From assembly GCA_000091205.1 (NCBI GenBank), contig AP006497.2: a DNA stretch of 64,000 bases; one strand, written 5' to 3'. The notes under the pieces are model-generated. The model was not told where the DNA came from and ran no database searches. It was given only the letters and a program-made list of their open reading frames with translations. The position numbers were made by a program, and so were the translations under genes. Each line of letters starts with the position of its first letter. Position 1 is the first letter of the stretch. This document shows positions 21,483-33,261 of this stretch, in pieces. This DNA is from Cyanidioschyzon merolae. Lineage: Eukaryota.

Positions 21483-22676
21483 TTACAGTGGACGCGCAGT
21501 GGAGCTTGATGAAGCAGGCAGCTTAAGCCATTGTCTCATTTTTTCGTAGACTGCGAAACTGATGCCAACAGTGGGCGCTGCTTTGATAAAGTTAAGACTG
21601 AGTCCGCGATAGAGCGCCCGAACGCCTTCGGCACGCACGATACTGTAAATGGTGGAAACGACGCCTTGGCTGGGGATCCGCGGCTGCCGCTGGATAAACC
21701 TGCTCTGCTTTCGATCAACCTTGGTTTCCCACGCGTCCATGTTGTCACCAGCAGCAGCAGGAGCAGCAGCAGCAACATCAAAGTCCGTTGTTCGATGATG
21801 ATGATGATAATGATCCCAGCAGTGCGCTCGGCGGCGTACCGTTTCCAGCGGGTATGCTGCGCTCTGGCCAATAAGGCCGGCGCTGCCGCCACAGACCAGC
21901 GCGGATAAAGTTGGATAACGTTCCGCAAAGCCATTGTTTTGCGCCAGTTGCCGCAGGACGCCATACATGTAAAAGTTGATGCCTGCATATGGTATGATGC
22001 CAACGAGCGTTGCGGAGAGCCCACTGTACAAGCCACGCACACCGCCCCGTCGAAAGAGTGAACAAAGTGCGTCAAGGATACTGTGGTAGATCATACCGGG
22101 ATGTGCACCCCCGGAGAGCGCCACCGCCTGGGCAGCGAGGCGCGTACGTACGAGGTCCAGCGGATAGGTGGCCACGACGGCCGTGGAGCCCGCCAGAGCA
22201 CCCGCCAGAAACCGGAGGAAAGGTGGCGACTGCGACGAAGATGCGGCACTCTGCTGGTGCCTCCATCCACGAGCCAACATTCGGGACAGAAGCTCATGAT
22301 ATTTTTCAAAGGCTGTAAACTGTATCGCTGCGTAGGGAAAGATGCGGGTCAGAGTCGCGCTGTTTCCGCGAAAAAAACCGCGCAAACCCTCTTCTATGTA
22401 GATACTCCGAACAGTTTGCGGTATGGAGGAGTACGCACGCGCACCTCCATGCAGTTTCGAGACCTGAAGGAGGATTTTGACACGATCGAACGGGGCTACT
22501 GCAGTCTTCGCGACAGCTCCAGCTGTTCCACCCGCCAATAACGTTTTCAATAGCGTGACTGCGCGCTGCACTTCGCGAGTCTCTGGTTGAGAAGTCGGGC
22601 CCACGAAACTCCGGTGCACGGGTTTTGTCCTTGGCCGAGCGTGCGTGCGTGCATCTGCTGAATTTTCGTCCATCAA
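21483..22676 (-). CDS. mitochondrial carrier family (SLC25) protein with an His-rich insertion in the third repeat
   Basis: three Px[DE]xx[KR] signatures (PFDRVKILLQ, PLDLVRTRLAAQ, PLETVRRRAH) with GG-rich TM helices; ends 23 bp from the RPL18A stop (convergent). Confidence 0.85.
   Translation of the reverse strand: MMDENSADARTHARPRTKPVHRSFVGPTSQPETREVQRAVTLLKTLLAGGTAGAVAKTAVAPFDRVKILLQVSKLHGGARAYSSIPQTVRSIYIEEGLRGFFRGNSATLTRIFPYAAIQFTAFEKYHELLSRMLARGWRHQQSAASSSQSPPFLRFLAGALAGSTAVVATYPLDLVRTRLAAQAVALSGGAHPGMIYHSILDALCSLFRRGGVRGLYSGLSATLVGIIPYAGINFYMYGVLRQLAQNNGFAERYPTLSALVCGGSAGLIGQSAAYPLETVRRRAHCWDHYHHHHRTTDFDVAAAAPAAAGDNMDAWETKVDRKQSRFIQRQPRIPSQGVVSTIYSIVRAEGVRALYRGLSLNFIKAAPTVGISFAVYEKMRQWLKLPASSSSTARPL
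21794..21815. repeat. (GAT)n-like trinucleotide microsatellite inside the carrier CDS (encodes HYHHHH on the coding strand)
   Basis: gatgatgatgatgataatgat. Confidence 0.8.
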
Positions 22677-22959
22677 CGAATTCCCAAGTCGCTTTCGTGG
22701 CGATCCTCTGCTCGCCGCTTTCCACGTCTAGCACAGCGGGAGCCTGGTTGGAACTTGCTGATCACGCCCGCACGGCAACCGCTGCAGCAGCGGCAACGCT
22801 GGGCCTACGACGAACCGAACCGCGCACTCGAGCGCTGACTCCTGTTCACGCACTTAGTTCTCGTCTCCGTTAGCTGCTGACTGGAGCTGTGCTTGAGGGC
22901 GACGCCTTCGCTCGGTTCGTCAGCTGAAGCCATTCCAAAGCAGCACCATTTTCCGGTGA

Positions 22960-23430
22960 GTTCGTGCAAGCGGTTACGCGGCCGGTGCGTTGTTTTTTTT
23001 GATGACAAAACGTTTACATTGACCATGGATCCCAGATTGCAGGATGGATATTGGTAATCGAAAAAGTATCCATCATGCTGCTGTACCCTACCTCCAAGTT
23101 CCATCACCCATACTTCCTCTCGGATATACTGGTCGTTTCGTACGTTCTAACGTGCACCGAGTACCTGCCATGCCGTACCCGCCGTAGAGCCTATACTGCT
23201 GGTCCGGATTCAGCAAGGGAACGGAACGGCGTTGCCATACCACTGAGGGCGTCGACTCGAGGCATGGTTCATCCGACAGGGAGTTGGGATTCATTATCAT
23301 ACTGGGAGCCAGCAAGCTGCGCAGACAGACGTACTGCCTGCGACAGCGCGAAGCGATATCCTAGGAGTCCTCTGGGACCAGCGCGACGCCCAGAAGCAGC
23401 CCATCAGCACCTTGTGTCAGAATGAACTGC
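22960..23430 (-). repeat. 5'-truncated LINE family A copy (A5) on the minus strand; its tail ends ~284 bp upstream of the carrier start codon, in the same orientation
   Basis: reverse complement shows …gggcgtcgcgctggtc…ctcctaggatatcg…MIMNPNSLSDEP…acgaaacgaccagtatatccgagagg…ggtcaatgtaaacgttttgtcatcaaaaaaaa. Confidence 0.75.
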
Positions 23431-23669
23431 GTTGCGGACGAGTTGTTCAGATCTCACCATACCACCTGCCACTGGGGGAAGCATGAAACGCAAGCCCGGC
23501 AGACTTGTCCGGCTCGCGGGACCTTCCGCCTAAAAGGTAAACTTTCGACAATATGGAGACCTTTCCGCCTTGGCAGGCTTCGATGGCGTCGAGGCGGTCG
23601 ACTGAGCACATCCCCAAATCCTATAGTACGGCATCTGGCTCGGAAACGATGCACAACATTGAACCGGAG

Positions 23670-23760
23670 CATACTGTATATGTCAAGGGCATCTGTCGAG
23701 CGACGAAGCGAGCGTTCACGCGCCGACGAGCGAATCTCCGTGGCAAGCGAGATACTGTCG
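23670..23760 (+). repeat. family B dispersed repeat segment (second copy)
   Basis: see 14130-14230. Confidence 0.6.
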
Positions 23761-24984
23761 ACATACGGGAGAACGCCTGACAAGCAGCAATTCTCACCGC
23801 TGCGGAAGGAGCATCGAGTTTGTGTGCAAGGAGGACGAAAATGGCGTGCAAAATTTAGACCATAACTTTCGTCTGAGCATGAGATGCATCCACAACAGCC
23901 TCAAGAGGCGTTATCGACACCTTAACGCTGATATGAACTTGCTTCACCTAGTTACAATGGATCAGGAGGAAAAACAGAGATCCGCGTATTTCAAGCGGGA
24001 GATTAGATAGACATATCAGACACATTCGCAGAAAAAGCCAGTAAATTCTAGAGCTGACGATACCGGGAGCAGACCCCAATGTTGGCCTGTGCGCCCGAAT
24101 CAGCAAAGTGGATCCAAGCTGTTTCATGCTGAAATGAGTGCGTACGCGTGTCCCGCTTCGTACGAATAGAAAAGTGCGGATACGCCAGTGACACCCGCCA
24201 TCGCTGCGGTTGGGCTCTCCACAGGTCTCTGCAGAGCATCTCACATCGCCTGCCGTTCTATGTTCCTACAGGACGCACAATACTTGAAGCATTACCCAAC
24301 CACAGGCAGAAGCGGGTGCATGTGCCTGCACTGCGCCTCGAATTCACACACACACAGACAGACATTTGTGGAACGTTGGCCACGGTGGGTCAGCCGTGCC
24401 TCATCGCATATGTGGCCTGCGAGACGACACCGGCTCAGGCAGCTCAGGCCCGTTTTTCTTACTGCAAGGCATTTGCGGCGTTGCAGCAGTTATCTGAAGC
24501 AGGCGTGCTATCCAGACGAACCGTTTTCTTGGGCGGAGCTGAACGAATATACCCGATATGAAGAGTAAAATGAGCTGACTGGTGTACAGCGAGATCCAGC
24601 GAGCTCCGGTAGTCTCCTCTTTGGTAGCCAACGGTAATCGCGTTTCCGAGCGACTCTGGTTCGAAGCATCGGTCATACACTCCATGAAAAATACCCCTGG
24701 GTGTTTATCATGAGCCTCTGCGCCCGCTTGACACTAGTGCATCGCTATACCAATCATAACCGATATGATAAGTGAACATAGCAAACGTGCACCATATGCT
24801 GCAAGGATAACCGTGCCCGTGTCCCTGGTCCATACTGCATAACGCGATGTATTTCGGAACCGCCTGATGATGATCATGCAGCCACGAACCGGAACGGCCT
24901 TCGTCTTCTCGACATCGCCTCGTGTCAAGGCATGCACGAACCTTGAGCGCGTCCGAGGCCATGGACAGGCTAGACAGCGCCCTT

Positions 24985-26034
24985 CTAATCGACTTCCATA
25001 TCGCTATCAACCGGTGATGCGAGCAGTCCCTCCGAAACAGCTTCCACCCCAGCTATCCTGACTTGATTCGCCGTTCGAGGACGACCAGGCTCTTCAATGA
25101 CCCATTCGTTTGCCTCTGCATACTCCCTGCAGCGCTGCTTTGCGTCCTGTATAGCGGAGCGGACACGGCGAATGCGCTGCTCCCAAGCGTCGAGTCGCTG
25201 CAAAAAAAGCTGCACCTCCTCGGTCTCGACCTGCGCACTCGCCTCTACGCCGTGCACTGTAAACACCTCACGCTCAGAGTCAATTTGACCGCAGATGACT
25301 CCGTTTTCTATTGCGGTGAGCAGCAACGATACGAGCTCGGAACGCTCTCTGATCCCGAGCGCAGCAGTCAACTCTCCGTACGACCACACGTTCCGCCTTG
25401 CAATCAAACGAAGCAGCGTCCCTACCGCTGAATTATAGCCCAGCAGTTCACCACCAGACTTTAGCCTCTGTGAGCCCGGTCTTTCAGCGTGCAACGCTGT
25501 GCACACAGCTTCATTGGTTTCGCCAGTAACGCTGTCTGTCACCACCGGTTCCACCGAACTGTGCAGTGCGGTAGCTGGCAGCCGCTGAGCTTCCCCCAAA
25601 GCCGTTGACGCCGGTGCTTTCGTATGCCCACTCATAACCGTTTTCCCTGTTCAGTGCTTTGTACGGACTCCACATCCTTCAACAAACGCCTTCCCTCGCA
25701 CCAGCTGGCGAGACAAGTCCAAGCAGAAGACGTCAGTCTCAGTAACTGCGAACAGTTGAACTTGGCGGGCGCGCGGGCACCCACCCACTACCTGCTGCGT
25801 CCGTTGCGGCAACGCTGCTGCTTCCACGAGCAACGTGCTGGTGCATACTGCACCTCCTGAACTCTGCTGACACGCCTTGAATTGTTTTGGTTCCCTTCTT
25901 AGCACCAAAGTTGATCTCTCTTCGAACGTGACCACCTGGTGCTGGACGCATGTCGAGTGAAAGCGGTGTGCCGGCAACGTCGGGTAGCGAAGCGGCAGAG
26001 CGTTTGACCAAGACGCTGTGCGGTGTTTACGCAC
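24985..26034 (-). CDS. PCI-domain protein resembling COP9 signalosome subunit 7 (CSN7). The reading frame is continuous except for one in-frame TGA (plus-strand 25651-25653) between the two halves.
   Basis: N-half …LLVEAAALPQRTQQV…DVFCLDLSRQLVRGKAF (cf. CSN7 …ILALPNVAQLEG…VYLDLLRLFAHGTW). C-half …SYGELTAALGIRERSELVSLLLTAIENGVICGQIDSEREVFTV (cf. PYDTLMVELDVSNVRELEDFLINECMYAGIVRGKLDQLKRCFEV) followed by a coiled-coil tail. Both ORFs (25651-26034 and 24985-25635) share one frame. Confidence 0.5.
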
Positions 26035-27047
26035 TATGCTTCGTTATCGGGTGGCTCTACAAGCGCTGGCTCCTTCGGCGTTGGAAGCGCGCCATCCTAG
26101 AGGTATTGCGAGAACAATGTGCGGTGGTTGGCGAGGACCTTGTGCGCTTAGCGGGGTCCAGTGCGAGCCGGGACGCCACCACACTCGTTACCGACGTCTG
26201 GAAACGAGCAGACAACGGCGTGCTCGAAGTGTACGCCTCTGGGAGGCGGCACGTTGCTGGGGTTCTACTACGCCTTGATCCCGTTCCTCGAGAGGACGTC
26301 TTTACCTTGATTCACGACTTTTTGTTCGAGGAAGCACCGGATCGTCTGTCGATCAAGGCATTTATTTCTACGAAAATGGAGCGTTGCGTCTTTGCCTTGG
26401 CAAAGAAACATGAACTGAAACGCTTGCATGTCTCGTATCGAGAGCTCGAGCACTACACAGAGCAAGTCACAACCGTGGCACCGGAGCTCTCCAGTGAGTA
26501 CGGCGTTCTGGCGGATACGAAAGAACTCGCGCAGCGAATCTTGAACGCTTCTCGCGTCGCCCTGCTCAATCGATATGTCGATATCATTCAGCGGCTGCGT
26601 TTCAGTGATATCTATGAAGACGTACCTCAGGACGATGACGAGGATGCCCAAGAAGCTGATTCAGAAAAGCCGAATGCATCGGTGGAATCTCGCGAGCCGC
26701 CTGGTACGCTGCATCCCAGCAGCTGGAGCCAAGTCGTTCATTTGCAGCTTGCGTTACCTGTGAATCTGGAGTCGCTGTCGGAGGTGCTTCGCTTCTTTTT
26801 CGATTTGGTTGACGAGGTTGCCACGATGCGGATGTCGCATGAAGCGCAGCATGCGACGCAGGCGCTTCGGGAGCTCGTCCAGCGGGAGCGTCAGAAGCGA
26901 CTCAATCGAGCCCGAGCGAAAGAGGAGAAGGAAAAAGCCGAAGAGCGTGTGGCTCGTTTCGAAGACGCAGAACGCCGTCGCCGCGAACGTCGTGAGTACC
27001 GTCGCCGGGCCAGGAGCCAACGAGCACCCCTGCGCATCTTTTTCTGA
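25950..27047 (+). CDS. hypothetical membrane protein with an N-terminal TM helix and a C-terminal K/E/R-rich coiled coil (possibly CCDC47/DUF1682-like, tentative)
   Basis: 365-aa ORF; LCGVYALCFVIGWLYKRWLL TM helix; C-terminal …RERQKRLNRARAKEEKEKAEERVARFEDAERRRRERREYRRRAR. Confidence 0.4.
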   Translation: MSSESGVPATSGSEAAERLTKTLCGVYALCFVIGWLYKRWLLRRWKRAILEVLREQCAVVGEDLVRLAGSSASRDATTLVTDVWKRADNGVLEVYASGRRHVAGVLLRLDPVPREDVFTLIHDFLFEEAPDRLSIKAFISTKMERCVFALAKKHELKRLHVSYRELEHYTEQVTTVAPELSSEYGVLADTKELAQRILNASRVALLNRYVDIIQRLRFSDIYEDVPQDDDEDAQEADSEKPNASVESREPPGTLHPSSWSQVVHLQLALPVNLESLSEVLRFFFDLVDEVATMRMSHEAQHATQALRELVQRERQKRLNRARAKEEKEKAEERVARFEDAERRRRERREYRRRARSQRAPLRIFF

Positions 27048-27738
27048 TGCACAGGGCGAAAGCTGCGAGTTTCAGTGCGGGGCACCCCAGGCGTCGCCCT
27101 CGCGGTGCATTTACGCCGCTGAACGTCGCCCATGCCGGTTGTCTCTGCACGTATACGTCCATACTGGGCGTGTTCGGTCGCAGGTGTGCACCCTGCACGC
27201 TGCCGAGGCTCAAGCGCCCATCGCCAAACTGCCGCCAAAGCGTACGTATCGCTGGGTACACGCCAGGCAACTGGTCGCTGGTATCGCCAGTAGGCGTAGA
27301 CGCCTACCAGTGGTTCAGGAGTGGCATACCTGCAGCGTTGATCGGACGGTTTCCTGTTCCAGAGTTCATTGTGCTCATCTCACCGATAAACTTTAATGAC
27401 TAGGGCAAATTGAATTCGAGCATTTGCGCTTCCGGGAAGAGAACCACCAGCTTGTGAACATCTGGATTGCCCTTGGTACAAAGCGTTTTGGCATTTGCGC
27501 ACGCACCAAAAGAACCACCTACCGAGGTGATCTAGATGACCCCTGGTACATGGTCCTCGTACCTCGTCCATCATGAGTGCCATATGCGAGCACCGGATCC
27601 GTGCCAACGGGCAGAAACACATCGGGCTATTGCGTATGCATACGCTGCACCATCGCCAGACGCTGTTGCATGCGTTATCCGCACTGCTGGCACGTTACCA
27701 GCGATGCAGAGGCCCACAGAAGCCGGCCTGCCAAGTTC

Positions 27739-29070
27739 CTAGGCTTTAATCTCGCTGGTTTTCACGGGACGGCCTTCATCAAGGCTCTTCTTCGCTGCCC
27801 GTGCGATAACCATTGCTGCGCGACCGTCGCGGCCACTGGTCGGCATCGGTTTGTTGTTCAGCAGGCAGTCCACAAAAACTGAGACTTCGTTGCGATAGGC
27901 TCTCTCGTAACGATCCATGAAGAACGAATACGGCATTGCCGCACGACGCACGCTGCTTTTGTCCTCTAGCATCACATCATTCGGATACGCGTTTCCAAAG
28001 GATACTTGGCCTTTGCTGCCAAAAACCTCCACGCGCTGATCGTATCCGAAGCTGCATAACCTAGACACTTCCACCGTTCCGAAAGCACCGTTATCGAACC
28101 TCAGCAAAACGACCATGACGTCGGTATCGCCAGCCTCCTGGGCAATGCGCGGATCCACCCGACACGCCCCTACCGTGTAAACCTCCGTGCATTCCGCCCC
28201 GTTCATGAGAAAGCGAGCAACGTCAAAGTCGTGGATCGCTTGATCATTCGCCTGCCCACCGGACATTTTCAGGTACTCAATAGGCGGCGGTGCTGGGTCC
28301 CGCGATGTGAGCTTGAAGGTGAACGGCTCGCCGATATCTCCGCGAGCGACTGCCGCCTGGGCACTCGCGAAAAACGGATCAAAACGACGCTGGAATGCGA
28401 GCATCATCTTGACGCCGCTGCGCTCTACTGTCTGAATGACTTCATCCGCCTCAGCTAAGGTGATTGCAAGCGGCTTCTCACAGAATATATGCTTTCCTGC
28501 AGCGCAACATGCTTTGATCTGCGCTGCGTGGAGCGTTGACGGCGAACATATGAACACGGCGTGTATGTCCTTGTTCTCTACAAGATCCTCAAATCGCGTC
28601 GATACTCGTGGTATTCCGAACTTAGTGGCAGCGGACTGGGCTGCTTTCTCTATAGTGTCAACGATGTGCACAGCCCGGGCGTTTGGCAGACGCGAGAGCG
28701 TCTCTGCGTGCACCTGGCCGATACGCCCGGCCCCGACAATACCAATGTTGACGCAGGCTCCCGCGCTGCTTTGAGACGACAGCGAACGCTGCGTGCTGTT
28801 TAGTTGGCGCACAGCAAAAATCTCTCTAGTCGATCCGATGCCATTCGAGTTAAAAGTGCTCAGTCGAATCAATCGGCCACAAAACTTTGCAGCTTGCATG
28901 GTGGACGCCCAGTACACGCAACGAGCAGCGCTCAAGGGAGGCGCATCGTCCGAAACGACGCAGAAGCTGCAGCGGCGACGGCGGTGGAGAGCGCCGGCGT
29001 TGGATGAGCGGCGCCAGGCGCAGCATCTGCACTCTAGGATGTCGTTTCCATTTGATACCAAAACATTCAT
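27739..29070 (-). CDS. Gfo/Idh/MocA-family NAD(P)-dependent oxidoreductase, myo-inositol 2-dehydrogenase-like, with ~100 aa N-terminal presequence
   Basis: Rossmann NIGIVGAGRIGQVHAE…; HIFCEKPLAITLAEADEVIQTVERSGVKMMLAFQRRFDP; C-terminal alpha/beta domain. Confidence 0.75.
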   Translation of the reverse strand: MNVLVSNGNDILECRCCAWRRSSNAGALHRRRRCSFCVVSDDAPPLSAARCVYWASTMQAAKFCGRLIRLSTFNSNGIGSTREIFAVRQLNSTQRSLSSQSSAGACVNIGIVGAGRIGQVHAETLSRLPNARAVHIVDTIEKAAQSAATKFGIPRVSTRFEDLVENKDIHAVFICSPSTLHAAQIKACCAAGKHIFCEKPLAITLAEADEVIQTVERSGVKMMLAFQRRFDPFFASAQAAVARGDIGEPFTFKLTSRDPAPPPIEYLKMSGGQANDQAIHDFDVARFLMNGAECTEVYTVGACRVDPRIAQEAGDTDVMVVLLRFDNGAFGTVEVSRLCSFGYDQRVEVFGSKGQVSFGNAYPNDVMLEDKSSVRRAAMPYSFFMDRYERAYRNEVSVFVDCLLNNKPMPTSGRDGRAAMVIARAAKKSLDEGRPVKTSEIKA

Positions 29071-31343
29071 GAATGTTCATTATTTGCATGCTTTTGTCGA
29101 TGCAGCATTCGGGAACGACACGACGGAGCGATCTCGCTGAAACCCGAACTCGAATAAGCGACGTGACACGTTCAGTGAGACCTTCGGCAGGGGCTTTTTT
29201 CAACAACTCGCCAGGGAACGACGTCGATTAATTCGCGTCCTCAGTCTAGTGGCGCATATTGCTGGGTCCACGAGTTTCCTGAAAACGTAAAGATCGAAAA
29301 CTTGAAGAATATGTTATTGAAGCATGCGGTATGTATGGAGAAGAGAGACGTGGAGGCTAGTACTTGCTAGCAGGAAGATATCGATTACTTTATGAATCAG
29401 TGGTACACTGCATCGCGAATCATTTCCAAGCCACTTACGTCAAGAATCGCACCGGCAAACTTTCGAAGGAGTCGCTCTGAAACGACGACAGAGAATCCGA
29501 AAACTTCGTACGAGGAGTCCCTGAGCTCTGATACCTGCACTCCGTGCCTCCAGGCCGTGAATCTACAGTGCATTCGGGAACGTAATCGAGAGGCAGGAAC
29601 AAGGCAGCCTGTTCAGTGTACCAGGTTCATTGAGCACGAGTCCTTCGAAGGTGACCGCTGCCCAGCTCCCGTCAAGGCGCTGGGTCAACCAGCACGCAGT
29701 CAGCCCTATTTGCTTCCACATCCATAGCGCCAGGTGTCGCACAGTGGCATATCATATCAAACGGACATGAACTGCGTTTCAAGAGGAAAAAACCCTGCCG
29801 AGATGCCAGACGTGGAGACGCAGGCTCGCATCCCGGATCTCGACTACGAAACAAATTCTAGTCGGCAAGTTTCAGGGCTCTGGTGCTGTTTGACAAAGTG
29901 CATCCGCGCTGACAGACTATCTGAGGGTAAAGCGCAAAGCGTCTTAGTCTAGACGAGACAACCGTTGGTAGTGCAAACACGACATAGTTGTTGCCGGAAA
30001 AGCAAAGCTCCGCGAAAGCACTCGCGTCCCTGGCAACATTGCGATCGACGTTTCGCGAGCTGTCGCGTTCGATGAACAAACGAAAGTTGCGTCGTTCGCG
30101 AACGTCAAGTCCTCAGTGGAAACTGCGTTACTCGACCAGAACGAAAGTTTTTATAGGTAAAAGAGCAAGACTGAACCTTCTATGGGGTTTTACCCTTTTC
30201 ACTGGACCTGGCGGACCCGCTCTGGTGGTCAGGTGCGACTCTTTGGCGTGCTTGTGACGCTTCCACTTCTCGGTGGGAGCTGGTGGTGGTCGCAAAGCGC
30301 GTCCTTCCACGAACGATCCACAAATGTTGTACCTAACGACCGATTTCAGCGTGAAAAAGATGGAGGCAGTAACTCACGGGAGCTACCGCCTCCACAGTGA
30401 CGGTTGTAAGAGTTCTGGGAGTTGCCACGCCTTACTGCAAACGAGGTCGACCTGGTCGCTGCTCACCGGGAGGTTGTCTCGGGCCCAGCTCCGCCCGAGC
30501 TTTTTCCGCCAAGAGTCGCTCTGACTCGAGCAGTGCGTCGGCTTTGTCTCTGAGCAAACGAACAAACCGTGGAGCGTTGACGATCATAAGCACCAGAGCC
30601 ATGAGTATAATGTGCGCGTACGGGGCCGGTACTTTGGAAAAGTACCAGCCCAAAGCGCGCGCCATGTACTCCCCTATCACTGGACGACTCGAAATGGACT
30701 CCATGTTGCTCAAGGCTTGGCAAGTGTGGAGCTTGTCTTGAAGTGCAGGTGAGGTTTCGCTTCCACAGTGCCAGCTTCCGTTACCTTCCCAGGAACCTGT
30801 GCCGTTGACGCCACTGCCGCTGCCGCCGTCGATTGATAACAACCGCTTGCGGGAGCGCTGACGGAGACACAGTAGCCTTTGTAACAACCACTACTTGCAG
30901 TGATGCTTGCCTTTGTACGAACTGGTGCGGTAGACGCCTCTACAGCTGCTCGTAGCGAACAAAGGCACCTGAAAGCGCAAGCGTATAATCGTTAGCGTCG
31001 CGGCGTCATGACGCACAGCGGCAGCAAGTCTCCAACGACACGCCCTGTTGACTTTGGACGACAGGCATCGTTTCTTCAGCGTGTACGTTTGGGACCTACG
31101 CATTCGCGTACTTTTGCCTTTGTAAAGTAGAGTTTGAGTTGTTGGACCAGTTTTTTGGTGGAAGCCTCGGAATAGTTGGACAGCGTGTCTCGAACGATCT
31201 CGTGACATTGTGATCAACGTCGAGCGCTCTCCACGACCGCGTTTGTGCTGGTTGTCGCCTCGCACAACCGCCTCGAACTGTGCGATGCTCGGTACGCAAC
31301 AAGTTCAACAATCACGGCAGACCTGGGAACTAGACGCAGCATC

Positions 31344-32570
31344 ATGACCGACCTACGACCAACTTTCGGGAAGCGACCTCTGCGGCGCTCCGCAATACTG
31401 GAGCACTTGGCGGCAATTCGTTATCGTACGGGTCGCCGCTACCCTTGCGCCATACTGGACGGCGGCTTTGCTACCGAGATAGAACGATTAGGGCACGATC
31501 TGTCGACGACTGCAACCCAAGGAGAATGGGCAGCAGCCGTGCTTCACAAAGCGCCGCACGATGTGCAGCGAGTCCACAGGCGATACCTGGAAGCAGGTGC
31601 TGAAATCCTGACATCTGCCTCTTATCAGGCTTCTATGGCGAGCATTCCGACTGCAGTGGAGGTTCTAGCTCGGTCTCTTGATCGACTTGACACACAAGCG
31701 TCGTATGTACTGCGGGCTGTGTCGCTAGGCCCCCTGGCTGCTAGGCTTGGGGGCGGCCTCGAGTACCGCGGCTACGCGGATACCGAGCTATTTGCGGCGG
31801 GTGATGAGGCCGCACGTGAAACGTTTCGGCGGTATCACGAGCCGCGTATCGCTGCATGTGTACCGTTTTTTGCGGAAAACTCGAATGACCGGGATCTCAC
31901 GGGCGATGGCACGGTTCCGCGAGCTGACTTTATCCTCTTTGAAACCGTACCAGACGCCCTCGAGGCAACGTGTATTTCGGAGCTCATGACCAGTGATACG
32001 CGATTCGAGAACATACCGTGGGCCATATCGTTGCAGTGTCGACTGGCATCGTCATCGCCGCCTCTAGCGCCTGAGTCCTCAGAGCGCTGCACCAACATGC
32101 CGCAGCTGGCTGGCGGCGGCCCAGTACCCTCTGTTGTTGAAGAGTTGCTTGTGTCGAGTTTTGGGCCTGATCCCGAAAGCGGTACGCGAAACGGTCCGCT
32201 CTTCATTGGATTCAACTGCTGTCCTCCGTGGTTGATCCGCCCGATACTTGAAAGCCTCCAGCGGTGTCGTCATCCGCTGGCGCGACAGTGTGCTATCTTG
32301 TCCCGGACTTTGGAACGAACCGAGGTCAGGTCCGCTGACAAATGGGCAAACTTCGCCGGTTGGGCCGTGTACCCAAACTCGGGGGAAATGTGGGACCCCG
32401 GAACCCAGACTTGGGGACGCCCATCGGCCTCGACGCTGGATCCCGAAAACGACGCGTTTTGGCAGTATCACGTACCCGTGTGGAGCGCTCTTGGCGCTAC
32501 GATCATCGGTGGCTGCTGTAGAATCGGACCCCAGGGCATTTCAGCGTTGGCGCGTGTCGTTCTTGGATAG
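31344..32570 (+). CDS. homocysteine S-methyltransferase domain protein
   Basis: …CAILDGGFATEIERLGHDL…AGAEILTSASYQAS…IGFNCCPP…ATIIGGCCRIGPQGI (Hcy-binding domain with Zn-ligand Cys); the ORF extends upstream to 31245. Confidence 0.8.
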   Translation: MTDLRPTFGKRPLRRSAILEHLAAIRYRTGRRYPCAILDGGFATEIERLGHDLSTTATQGEWAAAVLHKAPHDVQRVHRRYLEAGAEILTSASYQASMASIPTAVEVLARSLDRLDTQASYVLRAVSLGPLAARLGGGLEYRGYADTELFAAGDEAARETFRRYHEPRIAACVPFFAENSNDRDLTGDGTVPRADFILFETVPDALEATCISELMTSDTRFENIPWAISLQCRLASSSPPLAPESSERCTNMPQLAGGGPVPSVVEELLVSSFGPDPESGTRNGPLFIGFNCCPPWLIRPILESLQRCRHPLARQCAILSRTLERTEVRSADKWANFAGWAVYPNSGEMWDPGTQTWGRPSASTLDPENDAFWQYHVPVWSALGATIIGGCCRIGPQGISALARVVLG

Positions 32571-33261
32571 ACGCAAGGTGTTGCGACTTCAGAATCGCGC
32601 TATTGTCTTCCATGAGCGGGTCTGTCGACCGCCGTAGATGCCGGGTGTAGCGACGGATCATTTGCGACTGGTCTGGTGCGTGCCAGCGTTCGTGCTGCGG
32701 GCCCTGCATCCTCGTTACCTGCAAAGCGACGCAGCATCTCTGGCCTCAGTACAAAGACGCCTTTCGAGAGCGTAATGGCATCAGGATGAGCTATGATCGC
32801 AACATGAGCCGGTAGCCTTTCCGCCTGCAAAGACTCGGAGCAACACGAACGCGGTGCGACGGTTCAGCCCAGGGGCGCCGACGATTGCAGCGATCTGCGA
32901 GCGACTCTTGCCTCTAGCATCTCAAGACGGAGACGTTTTCACACTGATGTCAGAGGAATGTTGCACGGGCGCGAGGAGAACCCGTACACGCCTGCGAAAA
33001 ACCCGAATGTCTATCTCGGGGGAACCGAACTTTCTCCCGTATCCACGTGTAATTCGTTCGATACATCGCCTGTGTTCATAAAAGATATCGTCATCTGCAG
33101 AGCGCACCTCCGCAGACGCCGCGGCAATTACATATCCCTCTGATCGTATGAGCACCGTACATGGATGAACCTCTTCGGCACCGGTGCCTATGAACAGCGC
33201 GTGCCCACGAGCTCTATGGCTACGCAGAACACGTGGCAGTGCCTGGTGGTGGCGACTTCGA

